From Octopus vulgaris (Eukaryota): a DNA stretch of 64,000 bases. The stretch is taken from positions 26,970,001 to 27,034,000 of the forward strand of contig OX597832.1 in the NCBI GenBank assembly GCA_951406725.2, given 5' to 3'. Below, in pieces: positions 51,096 through 64,000 of the stretch. Below the pieces are notes generated by a model. The model was given only the letters and a program-made list of their open reading frames with translations, searched no databases and was not told the DNA's origin. Within the stretch, counting starts at the first letter, position 1, and each line of letters begins with the position of its first letter. Made by a program: the position numbers and the translations under genes.

Positions 51096-53729
51096 CACTA
51101 TCACCATCTCCAGCGACATCACCACAACCAACATCACCATCACCACTGCTACCATAATGATCTACGCTACTGCCTCTGCCACCACCAACACCACTAACAT
51201 CATCACCACTGAAAACAACCATTTTAATCATTTGTATTACTGTCACTATGACCACCACTGCTGCCTCCACCATCTCCACCAATATCACACTGACCAACAT
51301 CATTACCACCACCACCACCACCACCACCACCATCATCAACATGTAAGCTCATCAGTCTCCTCTGTAACAACAAGATTATATCAGAAAAGCTGTGGAAAAC
51401 GAATTAACGACCTGACATTCTGGACACAAAAGTGGAACGTGGGGAGGGAGACAGGCTGCGAAAACCTTCTTTGGCTGTCAATAGGACGGAATGTCCTTTT
51501 GTGGTTGATTGATTACAAATGTTTTAAATGTGGAGCCTCAGGTTCTAATCCTATCACCTGCCATTCCGTATGAATCATTAAGCAAGACAATTTCTCAACT
51601 TGTCTTAATTGAACAAACGAATACAAGACATTTGCAGCCAATGATCAAGCGATTAACAAAATGAATATTAATCTGAAATCATAGATTAAACACACACACA
51701 CACACACACACAAAACACTCATCCTCCACTATCTACTTGTTAGTTCTCTATAACATATACACTTCCAGTGGAGGCACATGGCTTAGTGGTTAACATACTT
51801 GGCTCCCAATCATAAAGTTGTGAGATCAATCCCTGGCAGCGCATCGAATCCCCAAGCAAGATACTTTATTTCAAGTTGCTCTAGTCTATTCAGCTGGCAA
51901 AAATGAGTTGTACCTGTAATTACCAAGGTTCCAACCTAGTCACATTTTTTGTCATGCTGAATCTCCCTGAGAACCACTGTTTGAAGTTCTAAATCTTTTC
52001 TGACCAAGACATTGTGCAATAAACACAAGACAAACAAAACTAGGAAATTGTATCCCTGCCCATCACTGACCACTGCAATCCCTAATCCCACCCTACAACA
52101 CACAATTGTTCAAATTTTGTGCCATGATAGAAGTGGAGGGTAAAATAACAGTGTGAAGACCACCCCAGAATGACCGCCCTTTGCGCAGTCTGAACCTACA
52201 ATGCAGTAGTCACAAAATATACATGTGTGTATTTCATTTATCTTCTTCCCGACTGTTCCATATATACATGACAGAGGCATACCACCCAGGTAGACAGTGC
52301 CTACCTTGAATGAAATAGATCGATAGCAACATTTTCAATGGTTTCTTGGGGCAGTTTTTGTAGTATTTGGGGGGAGAAATAGAGGCCCCTAGGTCAATCC
52401 ACTTACATTACTTGAAGGAAAGGGACACCGCACTTTGGGGTTGTTCCTTGTGAGCCACAGCACAGCATAACTGATTCTGTGAGAAATAGGGGGAGATGGA
52501 GGGAGGAAGAGGGGGTGAGAAGAATTGGCTCCAGTACTTGACTGGTATTTTTTTTCGACTTCAAAAGCATGAAAAGCAGTCAACTGGCAAAATCATTAAG
52601 GCTTGGAGTAATTATTTTGGCTCTTGCATTCTGAGTTCAAACCTCATGAAGGTCAACAGCGTGTGTGTGTGTGTGATAATAATGATAGAGTTAATAAGAC
52701 AAAGAAACAGAGTCAACAACATCCTGTCTGCGATGTTTAATTAAATAAAATTTAAAAGAAGAAATATTAATGATTAGTGCTAAGTCTTTCATTCTTTGGG
52801 TCTTTGGAGTTTAAAGGTCAGATGAGACACTTGAAGAGATGGCACAGTTCTGAACCACTTGACACACACACACACACTTATATTTACACATACACACACA
52901 CACGCGCATGTACACACGCTGAACACCGACACTGTAACAAAATAGCAAGCGATTGTTGAACAGAAAGATGCAGAGGAGTTTCTAGAAGTTCTAAAGTAAA
53001 CCGTATGGAAGTTCTGTAAACACCAGTATGCAAATACGCATACACACACATACTTATAGATACAGACACACATCTATCGACATACACCTATACACACACT
53101 TATAGATACACACACATACTTATAGATACAGACACACATCTATCGACATACCTCTATACATGCACTTATAGATACATACATATACTTATAAACACACACA
53201 CACACACGCGCACAGTTTGTAAAAGAACATACACTGTTTATATATAAATGCGAGAGAGAAAAATTATCAGACAAACTTATTCATCATCATCATCATCATC
53301 ATCATTTAACGTCCATTTTCCGTGCTAGCATGGGTTGCATGGTTCGACTGGGGGCTGGGAAGCCATGGAGCCTGCACCAGGCTCCAGTCTGATCTGGCAG
53401 TGTTTCTACAGCTGGATGCCCTTCCTAATGCCAAGCAATGAATATTATTTTCAAAAAAGAGAGAGGACTGCATCAGAGACAGAAGTCTTTGTAATGGTCA
53501 ATAGCAATAACAACAATGATAGAATCAATGAAGGCCTGTGTATAATCACAAACCCTTGTTATTGGAAGGACCAAACCTCGTTTCAATAAACTTCCTGTCT
53601 TAAGATAGGGATCACATGAGTCAGCGAAGGAGTTTCTAACAGTGAAATCTCTCCAACTGCTGTCTTTGAAGTAGGGATTGGGTACACTAGAGCTATTTTT
53701 GGTCTTGGGAAGGAAAAAATCTCATGACA

Positions 53730-53828
53730 TTCAAACAGTTCTTGGATAAATGTTTCCAACAAATTCCAGGTAAACCACCTACACCTACAAATATGTCTGC
53801 AAGCAATAAACTCTTTACTCGAATGGGC
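53730..53828 (+). mobile_element. CR1-group LINE 3' end remnant
   Basis: FKQFLDKCFQQIPGKPPTP resembles the FK..LD.FL..IPD.P..P terminal motif of CR1/Crack-type ORF2. Confidence 0.45.
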
Positions 53829-54929
53829 TACGGTGCTCAAGGAATGACTGTGATATGAAATATTATTAAACGACTTTTCAAAGGTGGTGCTATTATGTTA
53901 GTCATGGCCTGGACTAATTCTAACCGAAACTTAGCTGAGTATTTAATAAGAAACTCTTCACACAGTCTTCAAAATAGGGGAGATGTCCAAAGTCTTGAAT
54001 CTTAGGACAACACACTAACATTCTCTATAAAGCAGGAACTGAATATAGGAGGGAAGTGGGGGGCAAAGGAGATGTGGTTTGGTCTCAAAGCATTCTTTTA
54101 TGTATCATCATCATGACCATTGTCATCATCATCATCATTACCATCATAATCATGATCATCTAACATGTTTTCCATGCTGGCATGGGTTGGATGGTTTGAC
54201 AGGATCCAATAAGCCCTGGGGGTCACATCAAACTCCAGTGTCAGCTCTGACATGGTTTCTGTGGTTGGGTGCCCTCGTGTGACTCTACTTGTGTGCAGAT
54301 GTATGTGAATATACCTATGCATGTGCAAATAAAACAGGTATGTGTGTGAGTCTGAATATACCTTGCATGTGCTTAAATCCATAATCACATATACAATGGT
54401 TGGGGTGGAGGAGCATCCCTTACCTTTCCTCTAATTTATTCAAGGTCAATGTCTACCACCACCACCACTGCCACCACGATTGGCAAACACACTAAGGTAA
54501 TGCCCCTCCCCCCTGACTGTTATCAGGGCACCACCAACAAGTAGCATGTTGTTCACACTTTAGGCATGTAATGGCATTTCATTAAAGATAGGTCATTATT
54601 AGTCAATCAAGGCGAGTAAAGACGGATGGAGCGGGGAAGGAGAGATTAAAGATGTAGGTCAGATAAGAGGAGGAAGGGAAAGGTTGAAGGGTGGGAGCTG
54701 AGAATTAGCAGATTAGTAACTACTGATCCATGATCAGCAGTTTGCTTGCAGGTGCAGCCGGGCAGTTCAGGAGCTTGCTTTCCAACCACGTGTTCTTGGT
54801 TTCAGTCCCACTGTGCAGCAACATGGGTGAAATGTATTCTGTTATATCACCAGGATGGTCAAAGCTTTGTGAGTGAGTTTGGAAGGTGGAAACTGAAAGA
54901 AGCCCATTTTATATATATATAATGTAGAT

Positions 54930-55300
54930 AGGCACAGGCATGGCTGCATGGTAGGAAGCTTGCTTCCCAACCACATGGTTCTGGGTTCAGTCCCACTGCG
55001 TGGCACCTTCAGCAAGTGCGTTCTACTATTGCCTCGGGCTGACCAAAGATTTGTGAGTGGATTTGGCAGGTGGAAACTGAAAGAATCCCGTTGTATGTGT
55101 GTATCTTTGTGTCTATGTTTGTCCCTCCACCATCACTTGACAACCACTGTTGGTGTGTTTACATCTCCGTAACTTAGTGGTTCGGCAAAGGCGATCGATG
55201 GAATAATTTTGAGGCTGGGGTCGATTTCTTCGACTAAAATCCTTTAGGGTGGTGCTCCAGCATGGCTTCAGTCAAATGACTGAAACAAGTAAAAGAATAA
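54930..55300 (+). mobile_element. SINE family B (tRNA-like head, CORE-like segment, internal microsatellite; representative copy)
   Basis: ggcacaggcatggctgcatggtagg...ggttcagtcccactgcgtggcacc...ggaaactgaaagaa...(TG)n...gcttcagtcaaatgactgaaacaagtaaaag. Other copies near 6523-7141(-), 12217-12955, 14700(-), 20405-20760(-), 30343-30680, 37020-37415, 41870-42165(-), 43780-44130 and 50625(-). Confidence 0.85.
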
Positions 55301-55434
55301 AATTAAAAGAAAGAATGGAAACCATCCAAGCTGTCTCTTCATGATGCACATCTGCCTACTCTGACACTCCAAAGTGTTTTTGTAGATGTTATATCTTTAT
55401 ATCAGAGTGGAATATACTGGAGAATACTTGGAAA

Positions 55435-55672
55435 TACTGGAAAAAAAAACATTTGATATTATTTATTACACATTACATATGTTTCATTACCAATAATACT
55501 TACATAAGTATACATGTAGAAAAACATGTAAGACATCTCCTATTATTTTAATTCTCAGAATAATTATCAATAGATGTCTTACATGTTTTTCAACATGTAG
55601 ACATATATAATTCCTATTAATAATGAAACATATGTAACACAGAATAAATAATACCAAACATTTTCCCAGTTT
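55435..55672. repeat. Long imperfect AT-rich palindrome
   Basis: ttacatatgtttcatta...acatgtagaaaaacatgtaagacatct is mirrored by agatgtcttacatgtttttcaacatgt...taatgaaacatatgtaa. Confidence 0.8.
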
Positions 55673-55689
55673 TCTATTCTAATATATAT

Positions 55690-56007
55690 CATCATCATCA
55701 TCATCGTTTAACATCCGTTTTCCGTGCTAGCACGGGTTGGACGGTTCGACCGGGGTCTGGGAAGCCAGGGGCTGCACCAGGCTCCAGTCTGATCTGGCAG
55801 TGTTTCTATAGCTGGATGCCCTTCCTAACGCCAACCACTCTGCGAGTGTAGTGGGTGCTTTTTACGTGCCACCGGCACAGGTGCCAGGGGAGTCTGGCAG
55901 CGGCCACGATCGGTTGGTGCTTTTAACGTACCACCAGCACGGAAGCCAGTCAAGGCGGCGATGGCATCGGCCACGTTCGGATGGTGCTTTTTACGTGCCA
56001 CCGGCAT
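55690..56007 (-). mobile_element. SINE/LINE-tail family C with (GAT)n tail (representative copy)
   Basis: catcatcgtttaacatccgttttccgtgctagcacgggttggacg...ctggatgcccttcctaacgccaaccact...tttacgtgccaccggcac. Other copies near 4210-5190, 8604, 14455, 16255, 21395, 23895-24280, 26130, 27445-27790, 35575, 36780, 37460-37950, 49630, 50310, 53281, 54150 and 59928. Confidence 0.85.
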
Positions 56008-58429
56008 GAAAAGTATAAAAGCTATGCATAGTACTGCTGTAGTACATGTGCTGCATACATTCCTATAACACCGTTTTCTTTACGTTCTATAAAAGCAGAA
56101 GTAAATCTGCCTTCAACTCAGTCGCACACATGTGTTTTGCTTATTTTCTGTGTGTTTTACTACAAAAAAGTCACCAACTGCCTACCCTGAGTAATTACTG
56201 ACGGCACGTGCCTGATACATACATATTAGTTGCTCAGGTTTGGATCTGATCAAATGTTTTACACTGGAGGGATGGAAACCACTACAACTCAAACAGTGCT
56301 GGGACAACCCACAAGTGTGGCTTGTGTTGTAGAGACTGTCATTCATGCGTTGACCCATTCAGCCATGAACAATGCTGTTCCAGTGAAGCAGGCAACTAGG
56401 TCCTTCCCCCATGGTCATTAATGACAGATAGAATACCTCAATATATATATATATAAATAGAGTACATTTTGGGTGTACAGTTAGATGCATGATTATGACT
56501 ACAGGGATTGCAAATAACCACAATGGTGAAACATATGTAGGGAAAAACTGATATAATCATGTTTATCATTTCTCATACGTGTGTGTGTGTGCCATTGCCT
56601 TGACAACAGATGGTGGTTGTAAATGAGCATCACTGTCATACAAGTGGTGGTGTTTGTTTCCAGTCTTGCATGGAAAACATGTCTGGCCAACAAGTGGTGA
56701 AAGCAGCGACACACTGTTGCAGCGCATGAACCCATACTACTGCCACTTCCCAAGAGATGGGTTTGATGGACCTGCAAAGTATCGGAGAGAAATGGGAGGG
56801 GAGGGGGGAATCAGTGAAAATGGATAGAGGGTGGAAATAGAGAAGAGGAGGGGAAGTGAAGACAGAATGGGAGGTGAAAAATGAAGAGTGGGATGAGAAT
56901 GGGGGTGGGTAACAGAGAGAGAAAGACAAGAAGACAGAAGGAAAAGAGAGAGAGAGAGAAAGAAAGAAAAAATGGAAAGAGGAAAGAAAGAAGATGATAG
57001 AAAAGAAAGAGAAAGGGAAGTGACAAAGAGAGAAAACAAGGAAAAGAGAAAGAAAAAGGGAACGCCAACATTTCTGAAATACTTAAGATATTTTCAATGT
57101 GTACATATGTGTATACATATGTATGTATATATGTATATGTGTGTGCGTGTATAATATGTGTGTCTATATATGTGTGTGTGTATGTGTGTGTGTGTGTGTG
57201 TGAAATATGAAATATTTTCTGTTCTTTTTGTCTTTTCCCCTGGCATGAGTTAATTTTTATTGGAAAGGCTCCAGGGTGTAAGAGTTCCATCGGAAATCTT
57301 TATAAAGTAACAGGAACAACAAAACAAAACACAAAAAAACCCCAATAAAAACAAAGCAGTGAAGACATATGTGTGTGTGTGTGTATGTGTGTGAGTGTGT
57401 ATGTATGTGTCTGAGTACAATCGATGAGAAAAGAAGATTGCTAAACAAAGGTTTTTACATATTAATTAACAGCATTGTGGGATGCCGGACTAACGGACTC
57501 AATGATTTGTGATATTTAATTAAGTTGGTTTGATTTATACTGTGAGTTCAAATCCCAGTAGGGTTCATTTTATATTTCAAGGGGTTCAATAGAATAAATA
57601 ACAGCAAATTGCAAGGTTTATTAAAATTAACTCCACCAAAAGTTGACTCTAGCCCAGTTAACTTAAGCATGTACAAAGACACTCCATCTTTGACCATCCA
57701 GTATTGTTTTCAGACATCATATATCTAGGACCATTAGATAATGTATGCACACTACCTAAAGGATCCTTCTTTTTTTCTTAAGGTAGGGGGCTGTGATCTG
57801 GAGAAGATTTCACTGTTGTGTTTGGCAGGTTGAGTATCTCTGTGCAAGTTTGCTTCTGTTGTTGATGTTAGTAAGATGGTGAGCTGGCAGAATTGCTAGC
57901 TCACTGGGCATTTTGTCCATCTTTGTGTTCCGAGTTCAAATTCTGCCGAGGTTCACATTGCCTTTCATTTTTGGGGGCTCAATAAAATTAAGTACCAGTT
58001 GAGTACTGGGGTCACTGTAACTGACTTACCCACTCCCCCCAAATTGCTGGCATTGTGCCAAAATTTGAAACCAATATTACTGATGTTAGTATTAGGTGGT
58101 AGTAGCAGTGGTAATGATAATGATAGTAGTAGTAGTAGTGGTGGTGGTGGTGGTACAATAGTTGTTGTTAAGCCTCAGGTGAACTTATGACCATTCCATC
58201 TTTTTTAAGGCTGTAGAGTGTAATGAGAGAACTTTGGCTACTATTTCTAGCAGGTCATTATATTGAAGCTGTAGGTACTGAGATGACACTAGTGTCAACC
58301 CAATTAGCAACCACGATTTCAATATAGTAACTTAGAAACAAAGGCAGAATAATTAATATAATATGGTAATGAGAATTGACGACATTTTCTTACCTCTTCA
58401 TAAAGAAACAAAAAAAAAGACATTAATTA

Positions 58430-58812
58430 CTTTAAAGGAAAACATTTGGTAAAGAATGAAAGAATGGAAAGGGTGAGAACATACCCCAAAAGGTACAAAA
58501 ACATAGATCAAATAAAACCTGAATTGAAAAAGGAAAAAAAGAAAGGAGGAGAGCAAAACTTGTTTATGGTCAGCCCCCTGGACAAGTAGCCAGAGATGAA
58601 AGGGAGCCAACACAAGAGCCAAACAGTGGCCCAAAAACTCTGAACTGAAGCCAGAAAGACAGCTTGAAAATTTAGTTGAATAAGATCAATGTCTAGACAC
58701 AAGAGGAATATTTCAATTATAAAACAAAAGCAAAGACCAACTGCAGGGTTTATGATCAATAGAAAGAAACAACTGACCGCATGATTTCTGGCTGCCCAGT
58801 CCTCACAGACAG
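58430..58812 (+). mobile_element. R4/Dong-like (RLE-type) non-LTR retrotransposon fossil, zinc-knuckle region
   Basis: Degenerate KLVYGQ, W..NSELKPE, DQCLDTR and NCRVYDQ*KETTDRMISGCPVL (the CCHC motif CRxC...ETxxHxxSGC). Confidence 0.7.
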
Positions 58813-59844
58813 ATTATAATTCACAGAAATGACCAGGCTGGTAGCTATAACCACATGGCAACACTTCCATGAGAACATTTTAATAAATCATATTAGGTAA
58901 GCGTTACTAAAAGCAATACTTGGCAATGATCTGGCTATGTAGGGCCCCTGTCGGTCAATCTCAACAATATATCTATATGCGTGTGCGGGTGTGTGTGTGT
59001 GTGTGTGTATGGAAGGATTTCTTGAGGAAGAGTAACAGTTGGACATGCAGGCAAACCTTCTCCACATCACTAATGTTTAGCCCTTTTGATACCAACCCAC
59101 CAAAAACCATCCTTGGTTTTAGGATACAAATTTCTTGTTTTTATCAAATTATTAATTAATTTTATTAATTAAAACCTTAGCAATAATAATAATAATAATA
59201 ATAATAACTGGAATAGTAAGCAAAATGAAGAAAGTGAACAGCCAATAATGTCATACCAGGAACTCAGAAATTTTATGCCCAATTAAATTTAGTGATAATA
59301 TTACATGGGTGGTGCATGAAATGGTCATACAAAATAAACAAAGCTTAGATCAGTTTAAAAGTGTTTAGAACATCTTTGACCTGTAAAAAGTAATTTTCAC
59401 TGTGGACTGCCATAGAGAAAAATTCTTTCTTTTGGCAGACCAAAATCATTTCTGAGTGCTTCCTATAGACTGGTAGATGCATTCGGAGATTTTTGTCCTT
59501 TCTTCAGTGCCAAACACCAAAGCAAGGCAACACTAAGTCTTAGCTTCCTTATAATGAAGAATACAAACACAGGAATTCAAAGATTTTGCGTGTAATTAAG
59601 AAATTAACAATAATAATAATTTGTACAATGAGTATGATGTAAAACATGAACAACCAATTATGCCATACCAGGAACTCAGAAACTTTATGAATAATTAAAA
59701 ATTAACAGTAATAATTACAGCACACACCTTCATTTTATATCATCATTTAGCATCCATGTTTCATGCCAACATGGATTGGACAATATTCTATACAATGTGT
59801 TTTTCAATGTAACAACTCTTACCACACATATTCTATACAATCAG

Positions 59845-60510
59845 TTAAGCATCATCCTGAGGCTGTAACTAAAGGGGAAAATGTAATGATTCTTTGGGAC
59901 TTTCCTGTACATACAAACAGAACCATTCATCATCATCATCGTTTAACGTCCGCTTTCCATGCTAGCATGGGTTGGACGATTTTGACTGAGGGCTGGCGAA
60001 CCTGATGGCCTCACCAGGCCCCAATCTTGATCTGGCAGAGTTTCTACAGCTGGATGCCCTTCCTAACACCAACCACTCCAAGAGTGTAGTGGGTGCTTTT
60101 TACATGCCACCAGCACAGGAACCAGTCAGGCGGTACTGGCAATGACCTCGCTCGAATCTTTTTACACATGCCACCGGCACAGGTGCCAGTAAGGCTGAAA
60201 GCTAATAAATCAAATAATGTTGTAAAAAGACCAATAAAGTCTGTGATTGATTGACACGAGTATTCCTTGCGACCATAATATCTTGGCAAAAGAATTTGAT
60301 AAGCTCAGAAAATATAAAGATTTGCTCATGGAAATCAAAATGACGTGGCATATCAAGCTGGTGACAATATCAATGGTTGTGAGAACACTGGAAATGATCA
60401 AAAAAAGGAATGGGAAATTATTTGACAAAGATCTCTGACTAACCATCTTTGCAGGAAGTGTAAAAGATTGTTTCAACTGGTATGTCACATGTACTGAGAA
60501 GAGCATTTTT
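59845..60510 (+). mobile_element. R4/Dong-like restriction-like endonuclease domain fossil, interrupted by a SINE
   Basis: KHHPEAVTKGENVMILWDFPVHTNRTI [SINE 59928-60195] KANK... LIDTSIPCDHNILAKEFDKLRKYKDLLMEIKMTWHIK, matching the RLE consensus ILWDF.IQTD..I.ANRPD...ID.S.P.D.N...KE.EK..KY.DL. Confidence 0.8.
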
Positions 60511-60765
60511 GCTGTGGGAATAATTACTTTCCATGTAAATAATGCTTTTTTCTACATAACTTTGATTTTGAAAATGAACTTGCCCATGATGTTGCGCAGT
60601 AAGATTGAACCAAGAACTACAGGTTCCCAACACAAACTTTTTAGCCATACAGCCACTTAATGTGTCTATATTTTAAGACTCCTAGAGAGGTTATAGGTAA
60701 TGCTTACATTTAGTAAGATGTGAACTCTGAACACACAAAGACAAAGATGAGTTGGTACTTTTTTG

Positions 60766-61100
60766 TTATCTCACCCCCATTAAAAAAATTACCATTAAAA
60801 CATTGGGTTACCTTCCCATTAAAAAATTGAGTTTGTAGCGACAAGAGATTGGATTAAAAGGGTTAGATCCTTTCAATTCAATACTTCAACACATTGTTGA
60901 CATATGGCACCCTCAATAGGAATGGTATAATTTGTTCTAAAAATGTTATCAGATTCAGTAAGATGTTTAATTTTGTCAGTTTCCATGTTTACTTTTTTAC
61001 TTGTTTTAATGTATATTAATATTTTTGTTTTAATGCTCTCCAATATTTCCTGTAAAACGGGGAGGGAGATAACCCGAATTTTTAATGGGGGCAAAATAAC
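60766..61100. mobile_element. Possible MITE / DNA transposon remnant
   Basis: gttatctcacccccattaaaaa near 60766 is inverted relative to tttttaatgggggcaaaataac near 61079-61100. Confidence 0.4.
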
Positions 61101-61390
61101 CAAAATGTACCACAAAGTCATGTGAAAACATTCAGTCTAGTACCTGACCACTACACCAGCACACCAACATCACATAATGTGTCTCATAATAAACACACAC
61201 GAATATATCATCATCATCATCATCATCAACATTTCAACGTTTGTATTTTTCCATGCTTTTTGGTGTCAGGTGGAGTTCATTGACGCAGATTTTCTACAGC
61301 TGGATGGTCTTCCCGTCACCAACCTTCACTTATTTCCAAGCGAGCTAATACTTATCCATGACCAAACATAAACATGCTTTTAGCAAAATA

Positions 61391-61789
61391 CTAGCAGTAT
61401 AGTCCAGCATTGCTCGGGCTTGTTTTCTTTTCGATCCTTTAGAATTGGAATTTTTGAAAAGTAAAAGTTTTTCACTATGTAGCTTGTTATTCTCTTTAAG
61501 TGAACATTTTTCTGGTTGAAATACACCAAAAAATGGCGACACAGCAGTCAAAATAATCGTAAAAAATAGAGATTTTCATAGAAAAAAAGCACCATTTTGA
61601 TGTAAATAATTTTTAGTGTTAACATGGTCCGATTTGAATTTTTTCTTCTACGGAAGGAAGAGCAAGCCTTCTTCTATCATACTCTCAATTTTGGTCAACT
61701 TGCACCACAGGGTCTTGGAGGAGATAGTGTTAGTTGAAGGCTACCAAACCTGCCATACACAGACAACTTCAGCTTTATATATATAGAGA
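61391..61789 (-). mobile_element. Non-autonomous Helitron-like element
   Basis: A|TCTCTATATATATAAAG ... CCCGAGCAATGCTGGAC (degenerate hairpin) TATACTG CTAG|T: canonical TC...CTAG inserted in an AT site. Confidence 0.75.
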
Positions 61790-62672
61790 TTGGAAATGAA
61801 TTACCCCGCTTGTATGAATGTGACTGGCAATCATTTATAACCATCACATGATGCCAAGACAAGGAAACGCAATCACACACACACACATGTATACAACAGA
61901 CTACTTTCAATTTCCATCTACCAAATCCACTCAGAAGACACTTGTCTGAGGTGCAATGCAATAGAACTGAACTAAAGCCATGTGGGTGAGAAGCACACTT
62001 CTTACAGTACAGCTACACCTGCACTTCACACATACACAGTTTTATTACAGGAGGCATGCCATATGATGTTACAGTGGTGACAGAACACCAGATTATATAG
62101 ATATATGTATGTGCATGTATGTCTGTATGTATGTCTGTGTGTAGGCTTGTATACATTTGCCATGACATACAGTGTAGGTTAAAAATCTATAGATATGTTC
62201 TATAGTACATCAGAGCAACGAAACAAAACACTGTTAACGCACTAGTAATTTAATACACACATACACACACGCACAGAGTGGGAGAGAGAACAAACCAATA
62301 AGTCCTCCCAATATATCACATGTTACCGCCAAAAAAACAAAAGCAGAACCGGGGGTGGGGGGAGGGAAGTTTCTATAGAAATATGAGACACAGAGACACA
62401 CTCATACATATGTATATACATACACAGAGGTATGTGGGGGGTATATGTATGTATATATACATACATACATACATATATATACATACATACATATATATAT
62501 ACATATATACATACATATACATATATATATACATATATATGTACATACATACATATTTATATACATACATACATACATATTTATATACATACATACATAC
62601 ATATTTATATACATACATACATACATATATATATACATACATACATATTTATATACATACATACATATTTAT

Positions 62673-62705
<33 letters not shown>

Positions 62706-62774
62706 CATACATACATATATACATACATACATATATACATACATACATACATACATATATACATACATACATAT

Positions 62775-62807
<33 letters not shown>

Positions 62808-62859
62808 TACATACATATATATATATACATACATATATATATACATACATACATATATA

Positions 62860-62892
<33 letters not shown>

Positions 62893-63792
62893 ATGTATAT
62901 ACATATACACACATGGGCACATATACAAGAACATATATAAACACAGACATATATAAACATATTGTGTATATTGTCACATGTCAGGGTTATGCGACCTCAT
63001 GTTAAATGAAATTTGTCATTCTCTTCATCAAGAAGCTTCTGGTTTCTGTCATTGTAAACAGTAGCCTTGTTCTACGGTGGTGGTGGTGGTGGTGGTGGTG
63101 GTGGTGAAGGTGGTGGTGGTGGTGGCGGTAGTAGTAGTAGTAGTAACAACAGTGGCAATGAGGTGATGGTGTGGAAAATATTAGCAATGTGATAGTGTGC
63201 TAGTTGTGATGATAGTGACGGTGGTGGAAGAGGGCGTGGGGGCTAGTTGTAATGGTGATAGTGGTGGTGGTGGTGGTTTGGGGTTAAATAATGATGACGA
63301 TGATGATGATGGTGATGATGAGGATGGTAAATGTCTTGGTGGGCCTCTCCATTCCACTGTGATGACAGACACCAGCTGCCACCAGTGACAAAACAGAACC
63401 AGAAGAGGTCTTCCGATGCCCCCCCAAAAACCCCCACCCCACCACCACCACCACACATATAAACATCAAGGAATCCACCAACCCTCCCACGACCATCACC
63501 ATAACCATCACCAAAAAACCTTGCTAGACAAATGCCTACCCACTCCCCACTGCCGACACCACCACCACCACAGCCATGCGACAGATGGAGAAGGTATTAA
63601 ACTGTGGAAGGAAGGAAGACAGCTAAGTCAGAGGGAGTGTCGGTCGGGAAGGGGGGGGGTGGGGAAATAGAATGGCGCGGGGTGGGGTGGGGGGAGTGCA
63701 GTTGGCGGGTGGGGTGGGGGAACTGGTGGTCAAAGCAGGAAAAGTGGAAATACTAATCCCATGAATTTAAAACAAGGAATGGCAGTGTTGAT

Positions 63793-63825
<33 letters not shown>

Positions 63826-64000
63826 ATGTGTGTGTGTACATGCACACACAAATACACATATATACATACATGTATATACATATATATATATATATATATA
63901 TACAATATTACATTAGCTGTTTGCCCCAGTATGGACTTAACTGGGATGGATAGAACAAAGTGAACATGTGTGTGTATGGTAGGAGACATGATAGGAAAAG

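Noticed and set aside
51022-51573. 183-aa Thr/His-rich ORF
   Set aside because: Mostly trinucleotide low-complexity sequence; no recognisable domain or exon boundaries.
63002-63670. His/Pro/Ser-rich ORFs
   Set aside because: (GGT)n/(GAT)n simple repeats; no homology recognised.

Overview
Eukaryotic, AT-rich, microsatellite- and SINE-dense genomic DNA. The repeat landscape looks like coleoid cephalopod (Octopus-like) DNA; this is inferred from recalled repeat families and not verified. One protein-coding gene is well supported: a minus-strand CLIP3/CLIP4-like gene (ankyrin repeats followed by CAP-Gly). Four coding exons splice in frame with canonical AG/GT sites (24751-24482, 3561-3306, 2355-2212, 181->1), and the gene runs off the left edge at the start of the first CAP-Gly domain. 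The rest is intronic or intergenic. It holds at least four SINE-like families, RTE, R4/Dong-like and CR1-like LINE fossils, an internally deleted mariner with intact TIRs, two non-autonomous Helitrons and a hAT-like MITE. It also holds several long fold-back palindromes, some carrying Penelope-type minimal hammerhead ribozyme motifs. Most notable are an inverted pair of hammerhead motifs (34564-34813), inverted RTE copies bracketing two CLIP exons (a circRNA/A-to-I editing candidate), a CxxC-x11-CxxC motif at the CLIP N-terminus, and a few candidate unannotated exons. I see no clear evidence of a wholly new multi-gene system. Almost all ORFs in the supplied track are simple-repeat artefacts.
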